From positions 33,703 through 97,702 of IMG/VR virus record IMGVR_UViG_3300023179_009191: 64,000 bases of DNA. One strand, 5' to 3'. A program made the translations under genes and the position numbers. Below the pieces are notes generated by a model, which saw only the letters and a list, made by a program, of their open reading frames with translations, ran no database searches and was not told where the DNA came from. Shown piece by piece: positions 9,473 to 18,614 of this stretch (its first letter is position 1; every line of letters begins with the position of its first letter). The stretch comes from a virus.

Positions 9473-9778
9473 ATGGCTAGATGGAAGAGAGGACAAGAGA
9501 TATACGAAAAGCTTATCTCCAATTTAGGGGAGTATATATCTGAACAAACCTCCGATTCTAGGGCCCTGGCATATGCCAAATCTAGTATACCGGAGTTTAT
9601 AGATGGGCTTACTGTAAAAGACCTTAACCTCATCCACGAATACCTCTCCTATAGAACAGAGATTACCCCCGATATCCGTACCCCCACCTACGTGTACTCA
9701 GGCGGTGACAGGATAGCTGCAGTTACCCGATACCTACAGAAGAATATAGACCTTGAATTGGCCAAATGCTATGCTTAA
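9473..9778 (+). CDS. hypothetical early protein
   Basis: Leaderless after TATAAT 9461-9466. Confidence 0.7.
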   Translation: MARWKRGQEIYEKLISNLGEYISEQTSDSRALAYAKSSIPEFIDGLTVKDLNLIHEYLSYRTEITPDIRTPTYVYSGGDRIAAVTRYLQKNIDLELAKCYA

Positions 9779-10064
9779 ATGGGCCTGTCAGGTCCCGGCC
9801 ATGGGTCTGTTTTCTAGTATAGTAGGAATTCTGGTACTGTTCTACCTGCTTCTTAAACTTCTGTAACTTGTTCATCTTAGCATTTTGCTAAATGGTTGAA
9901 AATGACTGAGCAGACCTAACCATTTCTGTCTCAACACTCTCTGTAGTTTGTTCATGCCCAACAATCCAACCACTGTTCATAATCAACACCTTTACGCGTA
10001 AAGTAAAGGTCCAGAGCCCCCTCCTCCTCTCCTAATATAAGATGGTACTGCCTTCCTAAATTGT

Positions 10065-10098
10065 CCCTATATTATAAAGGAATTCTAGATTCTGTCAA
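10065..10098 (-). promoter_or_regulatory. antisense copy of the early promoter, firing into non-coding DNA
   Basis: Minus strand TTGACA-gaatctagaattcctt-TATAAT-ataggg. Confidence 0.75.
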
Positions 10099-10146
10099 TA
10101 ACAAAATAAGGCTTGTTGCAACCCCAAATTCAGATATAATATAGGT

Positions 10147-11752
10147 ATGATGAAACTAGAAAGAAAGAAACAAATTAGTGAGCTTATTGAAGAGACATTC
10201 AATAATGTTCAAAAACTAAATGAATTGTTAAAGAAATCAGATTATGAATGGGCCAATAAGAATTGGGAGTCTGAAAATGATGATGATTATGAATTGGCTG
10301 AATCCATTCTTAATGTGGGAGAGAATCTTAAAGATTGGGGCAAGCAATTTAGGGGTTGACTAAATCCAAAATTCAGCCATAATATAGGTATGATGAAAGA
10401 AGAAAACAAAAGAACGTTTGAGGTAGATATTGCAGTCACCCTCTTTATCACTCAAGAAGTAGAAGCAACAGATGAAGATGAAGCTCAAAGAATTGCAGAA
10501 GATTCCATCAAAACTGGAACTGTAATGAATGCTTGGGAGTGTAGAGATTGTGAGATTGAAAGTACAGGCTGTACTGAAGTGGAGGTAGAGTGAATACATT
10601 CCAACCTTATACACAAACAAATGTTGTAGACTTCTATAAGGAGTTGGTTAAGAGGTGGGCTGATGACCAATTGGACCAACTGCATGAATACCCTATTACT
10701 GATAGGAAGAATGCATTAGCAAGGCTTCTTGACTCCTCTCTAGATGTGTTCCGAGATGATATTACAGAAGAAATCAGAAAAAGAAATTTGTCTTTTTTGG
10801 TTGACTAAAAACTAAATTCCACCATAATAGGTGTATGATGAATAAAGAACAATACTTACAAATTGACTTGTATAATGGCAAAAGCAAATGGATCTCCAAA
10901 AAGGACTTTCTCCTTTTTACAGTAGGGGATGGTACTGAAGAGGCAGATTATAATTGGAAAGACAATTGGGAATATATTAGAAAGACTCCCACCCACACAA
11001 CCTATAAAGGGGAAGAGTGTATTTTAGTAGATTTCACCAACACAAAATTGGCTTGACCCAAACCCAAATTCAGCCATAATATAAACATGATGAAACCATT
11101 AACCGAAGAACAACTCAGTTACCGCGCACTTGACCTGCACATGACAGCTGAGAACATCCGCACCAATCTATCCAATATTGAGGCGATGTTGAGTATATCC
11201 AATCCTAATTGGAAGAACTTGTATACAGCATTACAAGAGATTGATAGCAAAACTGATCGGCTATCAGATCGGGTTCGCTGGAAATAAGAGTTGACCAAAT
11301 CCTAATTTCCCATATAATATGAGTATGATAAATGATACAGAGAGGTGGGAGAGAATGTTGAAGGTGGGTTATTCAATTGAGAACATTATTAATGGGCTCA
11401 AATATATTGGAAATGAAATTAATATTGAGACTCCTTTATGGGAAACATTCTGCAAAAGAATTGATACAATCGACAATAATGTGGATAAGCTCATTGAATT
11501 GATTGAGATCAGAAAGCAGAACAAATGAAGTTCTCTTATAAGAAGCTGGTTGATGAGCATACAAAAGCTCTGAAGTTAAGATGGGGTAGTGACTGCCTCT
11601 CCGAAGGGAGCAAGACAGCCATCAATTATGGATGGTCACAGACAGACAATTCTATCTGCTCTAAAATATATCAAGAGAGTGGGCATCAAGTTTTAGATAC
11701 TTGGTTTGATGAAGAGGATAAGATTTACAGGTCAGCCCAATCCAATTATTGA
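10147..11752 (+). CDS. seven small early hypothetical proteins (10147-10359, 10390-10593, 10590-10808, 10835-11056, 11087-11287, 11325-11528, 11525-11752)
   Basis: Five start leaderless after their own promoter; two are coupled to the upstream ORF by a 4-nt start/stop overlap. Confidence 0.7.
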
Positions 11753-11787
11753 GTTGACTAAAACAGAAGTTCTTTCATAATAATAGC

Positions 11788-11933
11788 AGTTCCTTCCGCA
11801 GTACGGGTTTGACTAGCCCAATTGATGTACTGAAGCCCCAACGCCCAGAGTCTGAGGCGAGTAGAGGTGGGTATATTGTCCTAACTACTGTCGACGTTAC
11901 TAGAGTAGGGGAGTCGGAAGGAGCTACTTTTTT
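11788..11933 (+). ncRNA. novel structured ncRNA candidate (~145 nt)
   Basis: Array promoter (TTGACT 11754, CATAAT 11776) with no ATG at +1; 11-bp closing stem 11788-11798/11915-11925, several internal helices, T6 tail. Confidence 0.75.
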
Positions 11934-11969
11934 AGTTGACCCAAACAGAAGTTCCATCATAATATAGGT

Positions 11970-12290
11970 ATGATGAATAACACAGAACTAGCCAAGGCCT
12001 TGACAGTGATGGTAACTGATCCCAAGATCAGAAGCTTCCTAGAAGATAACGATCCCATGGCTCTGAAGCAAGCCACAGAAGCTCTCAGAAACTATTTTAA
12101 CCAATATCAGACCACCCATTACACACTTTCAGGTGAAGTGCCCTGGACGCCCCCAGTGGGACCTGCTGATTACTACCCTGATTGGGATTTCTATATGAAG
12201 CCTCACCATGAATACACTACAGACATGAAGACTGAGCCTTTGAAGTGGGGTCCGTTTGGAGAAGGTGGCTCTACACCTCTTGGGAAATAA
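11970..12290 (+). CDS. hypothetical early protein
   Basis: Leaderless ATGATG. Confidence 0.7.
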   Translation: MMNNTELAKALTVMVTDPKIRSFLEDNDPMALKQATEALRNYFNQYQTTHYTLSGEVPWTPPVGPADYYPDWDFYMKPHHEYTTDMKTEPLKWGPFGEGGSTPLGK

Positions 12291-12456
12291 CTGATGCTGT
12301 ACATCATTAAGGTAGAGAAGATGTGTGAGGCTGTTATAACTGTAGAAGCAGAGAGTGAAGAACAAGCCAAAGAGAAAGCAGAATTTCACAAATATAATAT
12401 GGTTCTTGGTTGGAAATAAGAGTTGACTTCAACCCAAATTCCTGCATAATAGTAGT

Positions 12457-12624
12457 ATGATGACAATGACGATCAAAGAAGCGGTGAAGAAGTACAAGAA
12501 GCAGGACACCTGCAGGTACTTCCTCAAATGCACCAATAAGGCCACCACCACCATCCCCAACCCCATTCTAGGAGAGGTGCCTGCTTGTAAGAGCTGTGCA
12601 GACTTCTATCGGAGACAATCATGA
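12457..12624 (+). CDS. small zinc-finger-like protein (55 aa, below ORF-track cutoff)
   Basis: Leaderless ATGATG; C-x5-C...CKSC. Confidence 0.6.
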   Translation: MMTMTIKEAVKKYKKQDTCRYFLKCTNKATTTIPNPILGEVPACKSCADFYRRQS

Positions 12625-12796
12625 CATACAGAGAACTAGCCAATCGTATCAACCAGATGAATGAGTACCAACAGGACTGTCATGTAACCTATTGGCATGA
12701 TGATGAGTATTATGGTAAGCTGATTATCGACTTCGCTGATGTGAGGACTGAAGATCGTTTAGATGGATGGCATCCTTACTTAACTCAATTACCTTC

Positions 12797-12970
12797 ATGA
12801 CATACAGAGTAACTTGGTATTCCAATTGGGTGAAGCCTGAAGTTTATACTGAGCTCACCAAAGCAGAAGCAGAAGAACTAGTTAGAGAGGGTGTGGAGCG
12901 TCAGTACAGAGTAGAAGTGATAGAAGAGAACTCTGTGGAATATTGGGCCCAACCTGAGCGCTTAAAGTAG
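12797..12970 (+). CDS. hypothetical protein
   Basis: ORF within the cassette array. Confidence 0.55.
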   Translation: MTYRVTWYSNWVKPEVYTELTKAEAEELVREGVERQYRVEVIEENSVEYWAQPERLK

Positions 12971-13005
12971 TTGCCGTTAACCTAACTTTCGCATATACTA
13001 TAGGT

Positions 13006-13326
13006 ATGATGAATAAAGAAGTTACTTACGAGATATACGATCAAATGATTGGTGAATGGCGCAATGTTACCGAGCCCGCTATTGGCGGTATCAAGTGGGG
13101 TAAGCGCGAACAGATTGGGGATGAAGTCCAGTCTGCTTATTACGATCACACTTATTACAAGGTACCCTTCTATGGTCCTTGCGATCTGGGTCGTATGCAA
13201 CGAGCTCTCTACAGGTTATATCCTGCTCGCTTTAACAAATTTGGTGGTTATACTACCGTTAGTAAGGTAGAAAAGCTTGATGATCAACACATTAAGGTAG
13301 AGATGTGCTACCATATTGGCGATTAG
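13006..13326 (+). CDS. hypothetical early protein
   Basis: Leaderless ATGATG; ends YHIGD. Confidence 0.7.
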   Translation: MMNKEVTYEIYDQMIGEWRNVTEPAIGGIKWGKREQIGDEVQSAYYDHTYYKVPFYGPCDLGRMQRALYRLYPARFNKFGGYTTVSKVEKLDDQHIKVEMCYHIGD

Positions 13327-13335
13327 TAATTGTAG

Positions 13336-13806
13336 TTACAATAGTTTACAGCTCTTAGTTAGATTTTCTCTTGCCCACAGTGGTTGTAAGTTCTTGTAAT
13401 TGAAGCACTGTTTCTGCTGTTCTACATCAGTTAAATCAAAGCTAGAACAAGGGAGAATGTGATCCACATGCCATCCACGTGCTCCATAATTATCCCAAGA
13501 CATCCCTGGTTTAAACAAGGATTCAATATGTTCTCTCAGCTGTTCTATAGAACATCCAATCAACTCTTGCGTTCTTTTAGACTTAGGAGCTTTACCCTTG
13601 AGTGCATGCCATATGCGATTACCTAGCAGTTGCTTGAGTCTGGTACCAGGATTACTTTTATGAAGAGCTCTGCGTCTTTCATAAGCTTTTTGTTTATTCT
13701 TAAGAAAGTAAAGCCTCATACGCTCTTTAGCTTCAGGTGTATCTTTAACACTATTATAGTATTCTCTAGCTTTTTGTCTGTGATACTCAACCCAATCTCT
13801 CATCAT
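13336..13806 (-). CDS. HNH homing endonuclease-like protein
   Basis: GMSWDNYG..WHVDHILP...CFNYKNLQPLWARENLTK; GCATAAATA late promoter upstream. Confidence 0.85.
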   Translation of the reverse strand: MMRDWVEYHRQKAREYYNSVKDTPEAKERMRLYFLKNKQKAYERRRALHKSNPGTRLKQLLGNRIWHALKGKAPKSKRTQELIGCSIEQLREHIESLFKPGMSWDNYGARGWHVDHILPCSSFDLTDVEQQKQCFNYKNLQPLWARENLTKSCKLL

Positions 13807-13851
13807 ATTATTTATGCTTGAGCTTAAGGGAGTTTCAACTACAATACAAAT

Positions 13852-14073
13852 ATGATGAAAAGCCGATTAAGAGACATTGAAGACATTGTTTTAAACATAC
13901 CAGAAACGAATGAGCTCAAAGGACAATTGAGGACCGCTATCAACGATAGTGATATTCGTACTGAAGATAAGCGACGTCTTCATATGCACATCAATCAATG
14001 TAACACTATCAACGACTTACAGCGCCTATTCTATAACGCTTTACTCAAGTATGAAGGACATGGAGTTGTATGA
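13852..14073 (+). CDS. hypothetical early protein
   Basis: Leaderless ATGATG. Confidence 0.7.
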   Translation: MMKSRLRDIEDIVLNIPETNELKGQLRTAINDSDIRTEDKRRLHMHINQCNTINDLQRLFYNALLKYEGHGVV

Positions 14074-14356
14074 GTTGGGTGGCTAGAAAGATTTGTATGT
14101 CAGATGACGTTGATCAACAGCAGGTTATCAAAGAGTACTTTGATAATAAAGAACAAGTAAGACTACTTCAAGAGCAAGAGATCAAGAAGTTCTGGAGTGA
14201 ATATGAGGATGAGTACTACAATGGATAAGCTTATTCAGTTCTGTTTGATGGTGTTAGCTAACCTCATTGCACTGGCTATCTATGGTATTGTTACAGTCTG
14301 TATATGGAGGGCCATTTGGTAGTTGCCGTTAACCCAAATGCCATTATAATAGGGGT

Positions 14357-15015
14357 ATGATGAATAACACAGTTACCGTTGAGTTGCCTCGAGCTGAAAA
14401 GGTTGAGGACAGCACAGGAGGCAGGGTGGGCTATTGCATCGGCCATCTCTTGAACCTCAAACAGATGATGCATATCAATTCTGGCCATGGAGGTGAGGGA
14501 GTGTTCTCTCAGTCTGAGATGCTCCAACAGATCGATAAGGTTATCGACAAGCTGGACCAGATCACTTACCCTTACGCAGTTTAAATTGATGAGTACAACT
14601 GAACAAGCCACCGGTTATGAAACACCCTACAACGCAGAACTGCATTGCAAAAAGATTGCATGGATGGTTAAGAACAGTCCTGAATGGGATGACACGAAGC
14701 AGACTCTGGAAGAGTACCTGGAAACCGTCCCAGATTACCCCACGGATGCACAGGTGGAAGGCTTCAACCATCTGTACGTGGCACCTTTTGTGCCTGTTAA
14801 GAAACAGAAGCCTTATGAAGGAGAAGATGTAAATGAAGGATAAGTTGGATCAGAGCTCTGAGCTCAGAGACATCTTTGCTGGGTTGGCTATGCATGCACT
14901 AATTGGTCAACCAGCTGCCACTCACAAGTGGGTGGCCCACCAAGCGTACAAGTATGCTGACGCCATGCTTGACGAACGTGACAGCGTCAGTGATAATAAG
15001 GAGAACAAAAGCTAG
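14357..15015 (+). CDS. three small hypothetical ORFs (14357-14584, 14589-14843, 14833-15015)
   Basis: Last ORF carries the common phage motif LRDxFAGLAMxAL...AYxYADAML. Confidence 0.65.
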
Positions 15016-15647
15016 TATTTGTTGCTCTTTTTGATATTATCAACTGCCCACAGTGGCTGTAGATTTTTAATATTAAAACACTCACTCACTTGAACAGGAT
15101 CACTGAGATTGAAGCTGGAGACAGGCCTGATATGATCAATGTGCCACAAGTGCATGTTATTCCAGGTCATGCCAGGCTGGAACAATGCTTCTATGTGTTG
15201 TCTGGCTTGAGTCCAGTGAGTGATGCCCAGCATGCATTTGGTATGCCTCTTCAGGTAGCTGGTAGCCTTGAGAGCAGCTCTGGTCCTGGCTCTGCATCTG
15301 ACAGCAATCCTCTCCTCAGGTGTATTGGCTTTAAAGACTTCGGGATGTTCTCTGGTATACTTCTTGCGGTATTCACTCTGTTGCTGTTTGTTCTGTTGGT
15401 ACCACTGTCTGCCTTTGATCAGTCTTTGCTCTCTTTGCTCAGCAGTTTCATGCATTCTTTTGGCCTTAGCACGCATAATCTCTTTCTGAATCCTGTCCTG
15501 GACATATGCAGGGTCTTTGCGCCTGTGTTGCAGATACTCTCTCTCACACTGTCTGCATGTTTGCTGCAAACCATGCTTGCCAGTCTTACACTTATTAAAG
15601 TCAGCAAAGTTTTTGTGTATTTTGCAGCTGCTACAGTATTTGGTCAT
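15012..15647 (-). CDS. HNH homing endonuclease-like protein with N-terminal CxxC zinc ribbon
   Basis: CSSC...CRQC; GMTWNN..WHIDHIRP...CFNIKNLQPLWAVDNIKK; GCATAAATA upstream. Confidence 0.85.
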   Translation of the reverse strand: MTKYCSSCKIHKNFADFNKCKTGKHGLQQTCRQCEREYLQHRRKDPAYVQDRIQKEIMRAKAKRMHETAEQREQRLIKGRQWYQQNKQQQSEYRKKYTREHPEVFKANTPEERIAVRCRARTRAALKATSYLKRHTKCMLGITHWTQARQHIEALFQPGMTWNNMHLWHIDHIRPVSSFNLSDPVQVSECFNIKNLQPLWAVDNIKKSNKY

Positions 15648-15732
15648 TTATATATTTATGCAAACACAATGAGATGGTCCACTATTTTTAGCATTGATTT
15701 ACTTGGATGGTTCAACTACAATAGGAGGTACA

Positions 15733-16416
15733 ATGCAAACAAATAATATTACAGGTGAAGTTACTAACAAGTTGGTGCAGATGTTTGAATACATCAACGC
15801 TGAACTTGAATTAAATTTAGACACTCCAGTGTTTACTCTAATTCCTAATCGTGGCCGTCAGAGTTACTATGGATGGTTCTGGCAAGGACGGTGGCAGAGC
15901 GGCAAGAAGAACTTACCAGAGATTAATATTACTGCTGACACCCTCAAGAGGTCTGTGGAAGACATCTTTGAAACAGTTTTGCATGAATGTGTACATTATG
16001 TGAATTGGTCCAAGGACATTGTGGACTGCAATGTGAACCAGTATCATAACAAAGCGTTCAAGAAGCAAGCTGAAGCATTTGGCTTGAAGGTCGAACGTAT
16101 GCGTAATAAGGGCTATGCGAAGACCTCATTAGATGAGAAGGCCAATAACCTGGTTAAGAAGTACAAATGCAAGTATTGCAAGGATGACAAGAATCCCTTT
16201 CATGTGTACCGGGTAAGTGAAGAGCGCATCTCTATCGTAAAGAAGAATCACAAGAGGTTCATTGCCATTGATGGTGCATTGGCCACACAAGCTGAAGGAC
16301 GGTATGACAGTGGCACCTTGCGTCAATTGGTAGAGCATTTGCTACAGTCATATGTATCTGAAGGTGATGTGTATGAACACATGGCCACAGGCAGTGTGCA
16401 TGCAGAGGTCATGTAA
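15733..16416 (+). CDS. SprT-like zinc metalloprotease
   Basis: LHECVH (HEXXH) plus YHNKAFK; AGGAGG Shine-Dalgarno. Confidence 0.8.
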   Translation: MQTNNITGEVTNKLVQMFEYINAELELNLDTPVFTLIPNRGRQSYYGWFWQGRWQSGKKNLPEINITADTLKRSVEDIFETVLHECVHYVNWSKDIVDCNVNQYHNKAFKKQAEAFGLKVERMRNKGYAKTSLDEKANNLVKKYKCKYCKDDKNPFHVYRVSEERISIVKKNHKRFIAIDGALATQAEGRYDSGTLRQLVEHLLQSYVSEGDVYEHMATGSVHAEVM

Positions 16417-16502
16417 CCGTGGTATGCATTGAACTGGCCCTAGTCATAGCCGTATTAAGTTTGTTATTGACCTGCCGCTACTAACCCCATACAATCAGAG
16501 GC

Positions 16503-16802
16503 ATGATGAATACACAAGTAACAGAATATAAGACCATTCCCACGCAATTCAAGAAGAAGGGATTTGTTTACACTCAATTGAAGAGAGAAGGTGCAAGGGC
16601 CATCTATCAACAGACCCGAGAGGGGTCGACCATTAACAATTACGAGGTAGTTAAGATTGGACGGCACAATGGCTACATCATGGGTGGTGTTGCAATTGAG
16701 CCAGCAGAGACCTATCCAGGCTCCAGCTTGTGGGGCATTACAGGGTGGACTTGCACTAGCTTGGAAGATGCTTGCAAGCGGTATGAAGCATTGAGCAGCT
16801 AA
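16503..16802 (+). CDS. hypothetical early protein (ExYPxSSxWG family)
   Basis: Leaderless ATGATG. Confidence 0.7.
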   Translation: MMNTQVTEYKTIPTQFKKKGFVYTQLKREGARAIYQQTREGSTINNYEVVKIGRHNGYIMGGVAIEPAETYPGSSLWGITGWTCTSLEDACKRYEALSS

Positions 16803-16955
16803 TGTTTGACATAGCTATGGTGCTAGGCTTTGCCTGGTTGCTGGGTTGGTGGACATGTTTTGTCACATTGAACAAAGCATGGAAGACAGACATGAAGCAA
16901 GCATTGTTGGGTTGGATTGTCAAGAAGATTGGCAAACCAGACTAGTCATTGCATG

Positions 16956-17027
16956 GGGCAGGTAGCTTAAAGGTGAAGCGCTCGACTCATAATCGAAGGA
17001 GTATTGGTTCAAGTCCAATCCTGCCCA
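16956..17027 (+). tRNA. tRNA-CAU (Ile2 or elongator Met)
   Basis: Acceptor GGGCAGG/CCTGCCC-A, anticodon loop CTCATAA, T arm ATTGG-TTCAAGT-CCAAT. Confidence 0.9.
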
Positions 17028-17459
17028 AGGCCAGTGGTTGCATGATACAATCTGTAGCAGAGTACATGGAGATGAAACGCAAAGTGGCACATGCATTGGC
17101 ATCAGATGATCATTGGTTTGTCAGCACCACAGTTGATTGTCTGAGCATGTACCCTGCCAGCATTCCATGGCATGTGTCTGAGAATGGTGCCAGTGCACGC
17201 TAGACACTGGCAGTAATAGAGAACCCAGGCACGCGAATTCTGTCATATGCACAACTCAGTTCTGGTTTCTAGAAGGTGCATGCCAAATTTTTTTTGCAAA
17301 ATCTCAGAGAATTCCATGTAGGGTTTTCCATAGCCAGTAGATTGCCGGTGCCGTAATCCAGCCTATCAGAACACCCAACACAATTAACACAGTACCTACA
17401 GCACAATCATTCATGAACCATTTGACTGCTTGGTATAGGCCATGGCGCATATCCTTACA

Positions 17460-17930
17460 TTAATAATTGGCTTTTACGTACAATGAACTCAACACACTTT
17501 GTCCTGTGGCCACCCACCCAGCTCCACTGTCCATGGGTTCCACAGTGGAAGGTGTTTTCAGATATGCCACATCATTCAATGTGGACAAGTAAAAGCTAAC
17601 GGTTGCCAGAGTTTCCACAAACCACCGGTCCACTCCAGCATAGTTTGCATATCTCAAGTTTGTGTATGGTGCATTACTATATGTTGCATCTGGTACACCT
17701 GGATTAAAAAAAATCAGATTTTTGGTATCCAAATTGATGTTGCTGGCACTCATGGTCACACTGAATGACAAATACCATCCATTCTTTTGATATTCAGGCA
17801 CTGGTGCTGGTGCAGCCACACTCTGTGCCACAGGACAACCATTGTTTAACACAGATTTTAATGATAATCTGTTGTTCACAGCATTTCTTTTCTGTCTCTG
17901 CAAGTCTGCATATGTGGGTACATTGGGCAT
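17460..17930 (-). CDS. late hypothetical protein
   Basis: GCATAAATA upstream. Confidence 0.6.
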   Translation of the reverse strand: MPNVPTYADLQRQKRNAVNNRLSLKSVLNNGCPVAQSVAAPAPVPEYQKNGWYLSFSVTMSASNINLDTKNLIFFNPGVPDATYSNAPYTNLRYANYAGVDRWFVETLATVSFYLSTLNDVAYLKTPSTVEPMDSGAGWVATGQSVLSSLYVKANY

Positions 17931-18236
17931 GCAATTATTTATGCACAGTCTGTATCCACTTCATCCAATTCATCTGCATCTTCATCCATGTCATCATCTG
18001 GTGGATATATGTCCATTCTGATCATATGCTTTTATTCACCAGCTGCATCTGGTTTAAAGCACTTGTTGCACACAGCAATTGCTGTGTTTCTTTCTTGTTC
18101 TGCGTTGCATCTCCTGCAGATCATATGATTTGAATGTGGTCCCATGTTATTTATGGCCTCTATATTCTGAACTGTGCTGCAAGCGGCTGCGCCGCTCCAG
18201 GAATAGGGGAACAATCACAGCTCTTAAAAAAACAAT

Positions 18237-18434
18237 TTACTGATTGATGCTAGCAGACAATTTCTTTTTAAAATCTGCAACATACTTTGCAACAAACTTG
18301 TCCAAAGCTGCATTGGCTGCCTCAAGACCCTTGGACTTGGCAATCTTTGATACCTCATGCACATTCAATGCCACTGCCATGGTGTTGATAACTTTCTTGC
18401 CTGTGATAAAATTTGTTTCAATATTTAAATTCAT
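18237..18434 (-). CDS. hypothetical protein
   Basis: ORF with TAAATA upstream. Confidence 0.55.
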   Translation of the reverse strand: MNLNIETNFITGKKVINTMAVALNVHEVSKIAKSKGLEAANAALDKFVAKYVADFKKKLSASINQ

Positions 18435-18614
18435 GCAAATATTTACTGCATGCAGTTAATAAGGCAACACCCACAATTTGAAGGCACATATCACCATGCA
18501 CCCCAGGGCCACCAACACCATGACAAGAGCAGTGTTGCAAGGCCTCATCACATTATTTAACACCATGAACAAGCAGTGAAACTAAATTGGATGGAACAAT
18601 TCAGTTTGCAAACA

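Larger units (their letters stand above)
3187..16502 (+). promoter_or_regulatory. array of ~19 repeated early promoters with leaderless starts
   Basis: -35 boxes at about 3187, 3412, 4117, 5059, 9051, 9439, 10113, 10356, 10801, 11053, 11291, 11754, 11936, 12423, 12971, 13818, 14323, 15694, 16467; -10 YATAAT/TACAAT/TATACT; ATG usually 6 nt downstream. Confidence 0.9.

Noticed and set aside
11775-11960. 61-aa minus-strand ORF over the ncRNA candidate
   Set aside because: Antisense to a strong promoter, begins inside the next promoter and has no expression signals; RNA structure explains the region better.
10100-14360. Promoter repeats as a CRISPR or integron attC array
   Set aside because: The repeats are degenerate -35/-10 promoters without attC-style inverted symmetry; the intervening DNA is whole ORFs and no integrase is present.
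15090-15746. 218-aa plus-strand ORF
   Set aside because: Antisense shadow of the HNH endonuclease.
17185-17460. Hairpins (TGCCAGTG/CACTGGCA and others) at a strand convergence
   Set aside because: Compatible with ordinary termination; not enough evidence for a distinct RNA.
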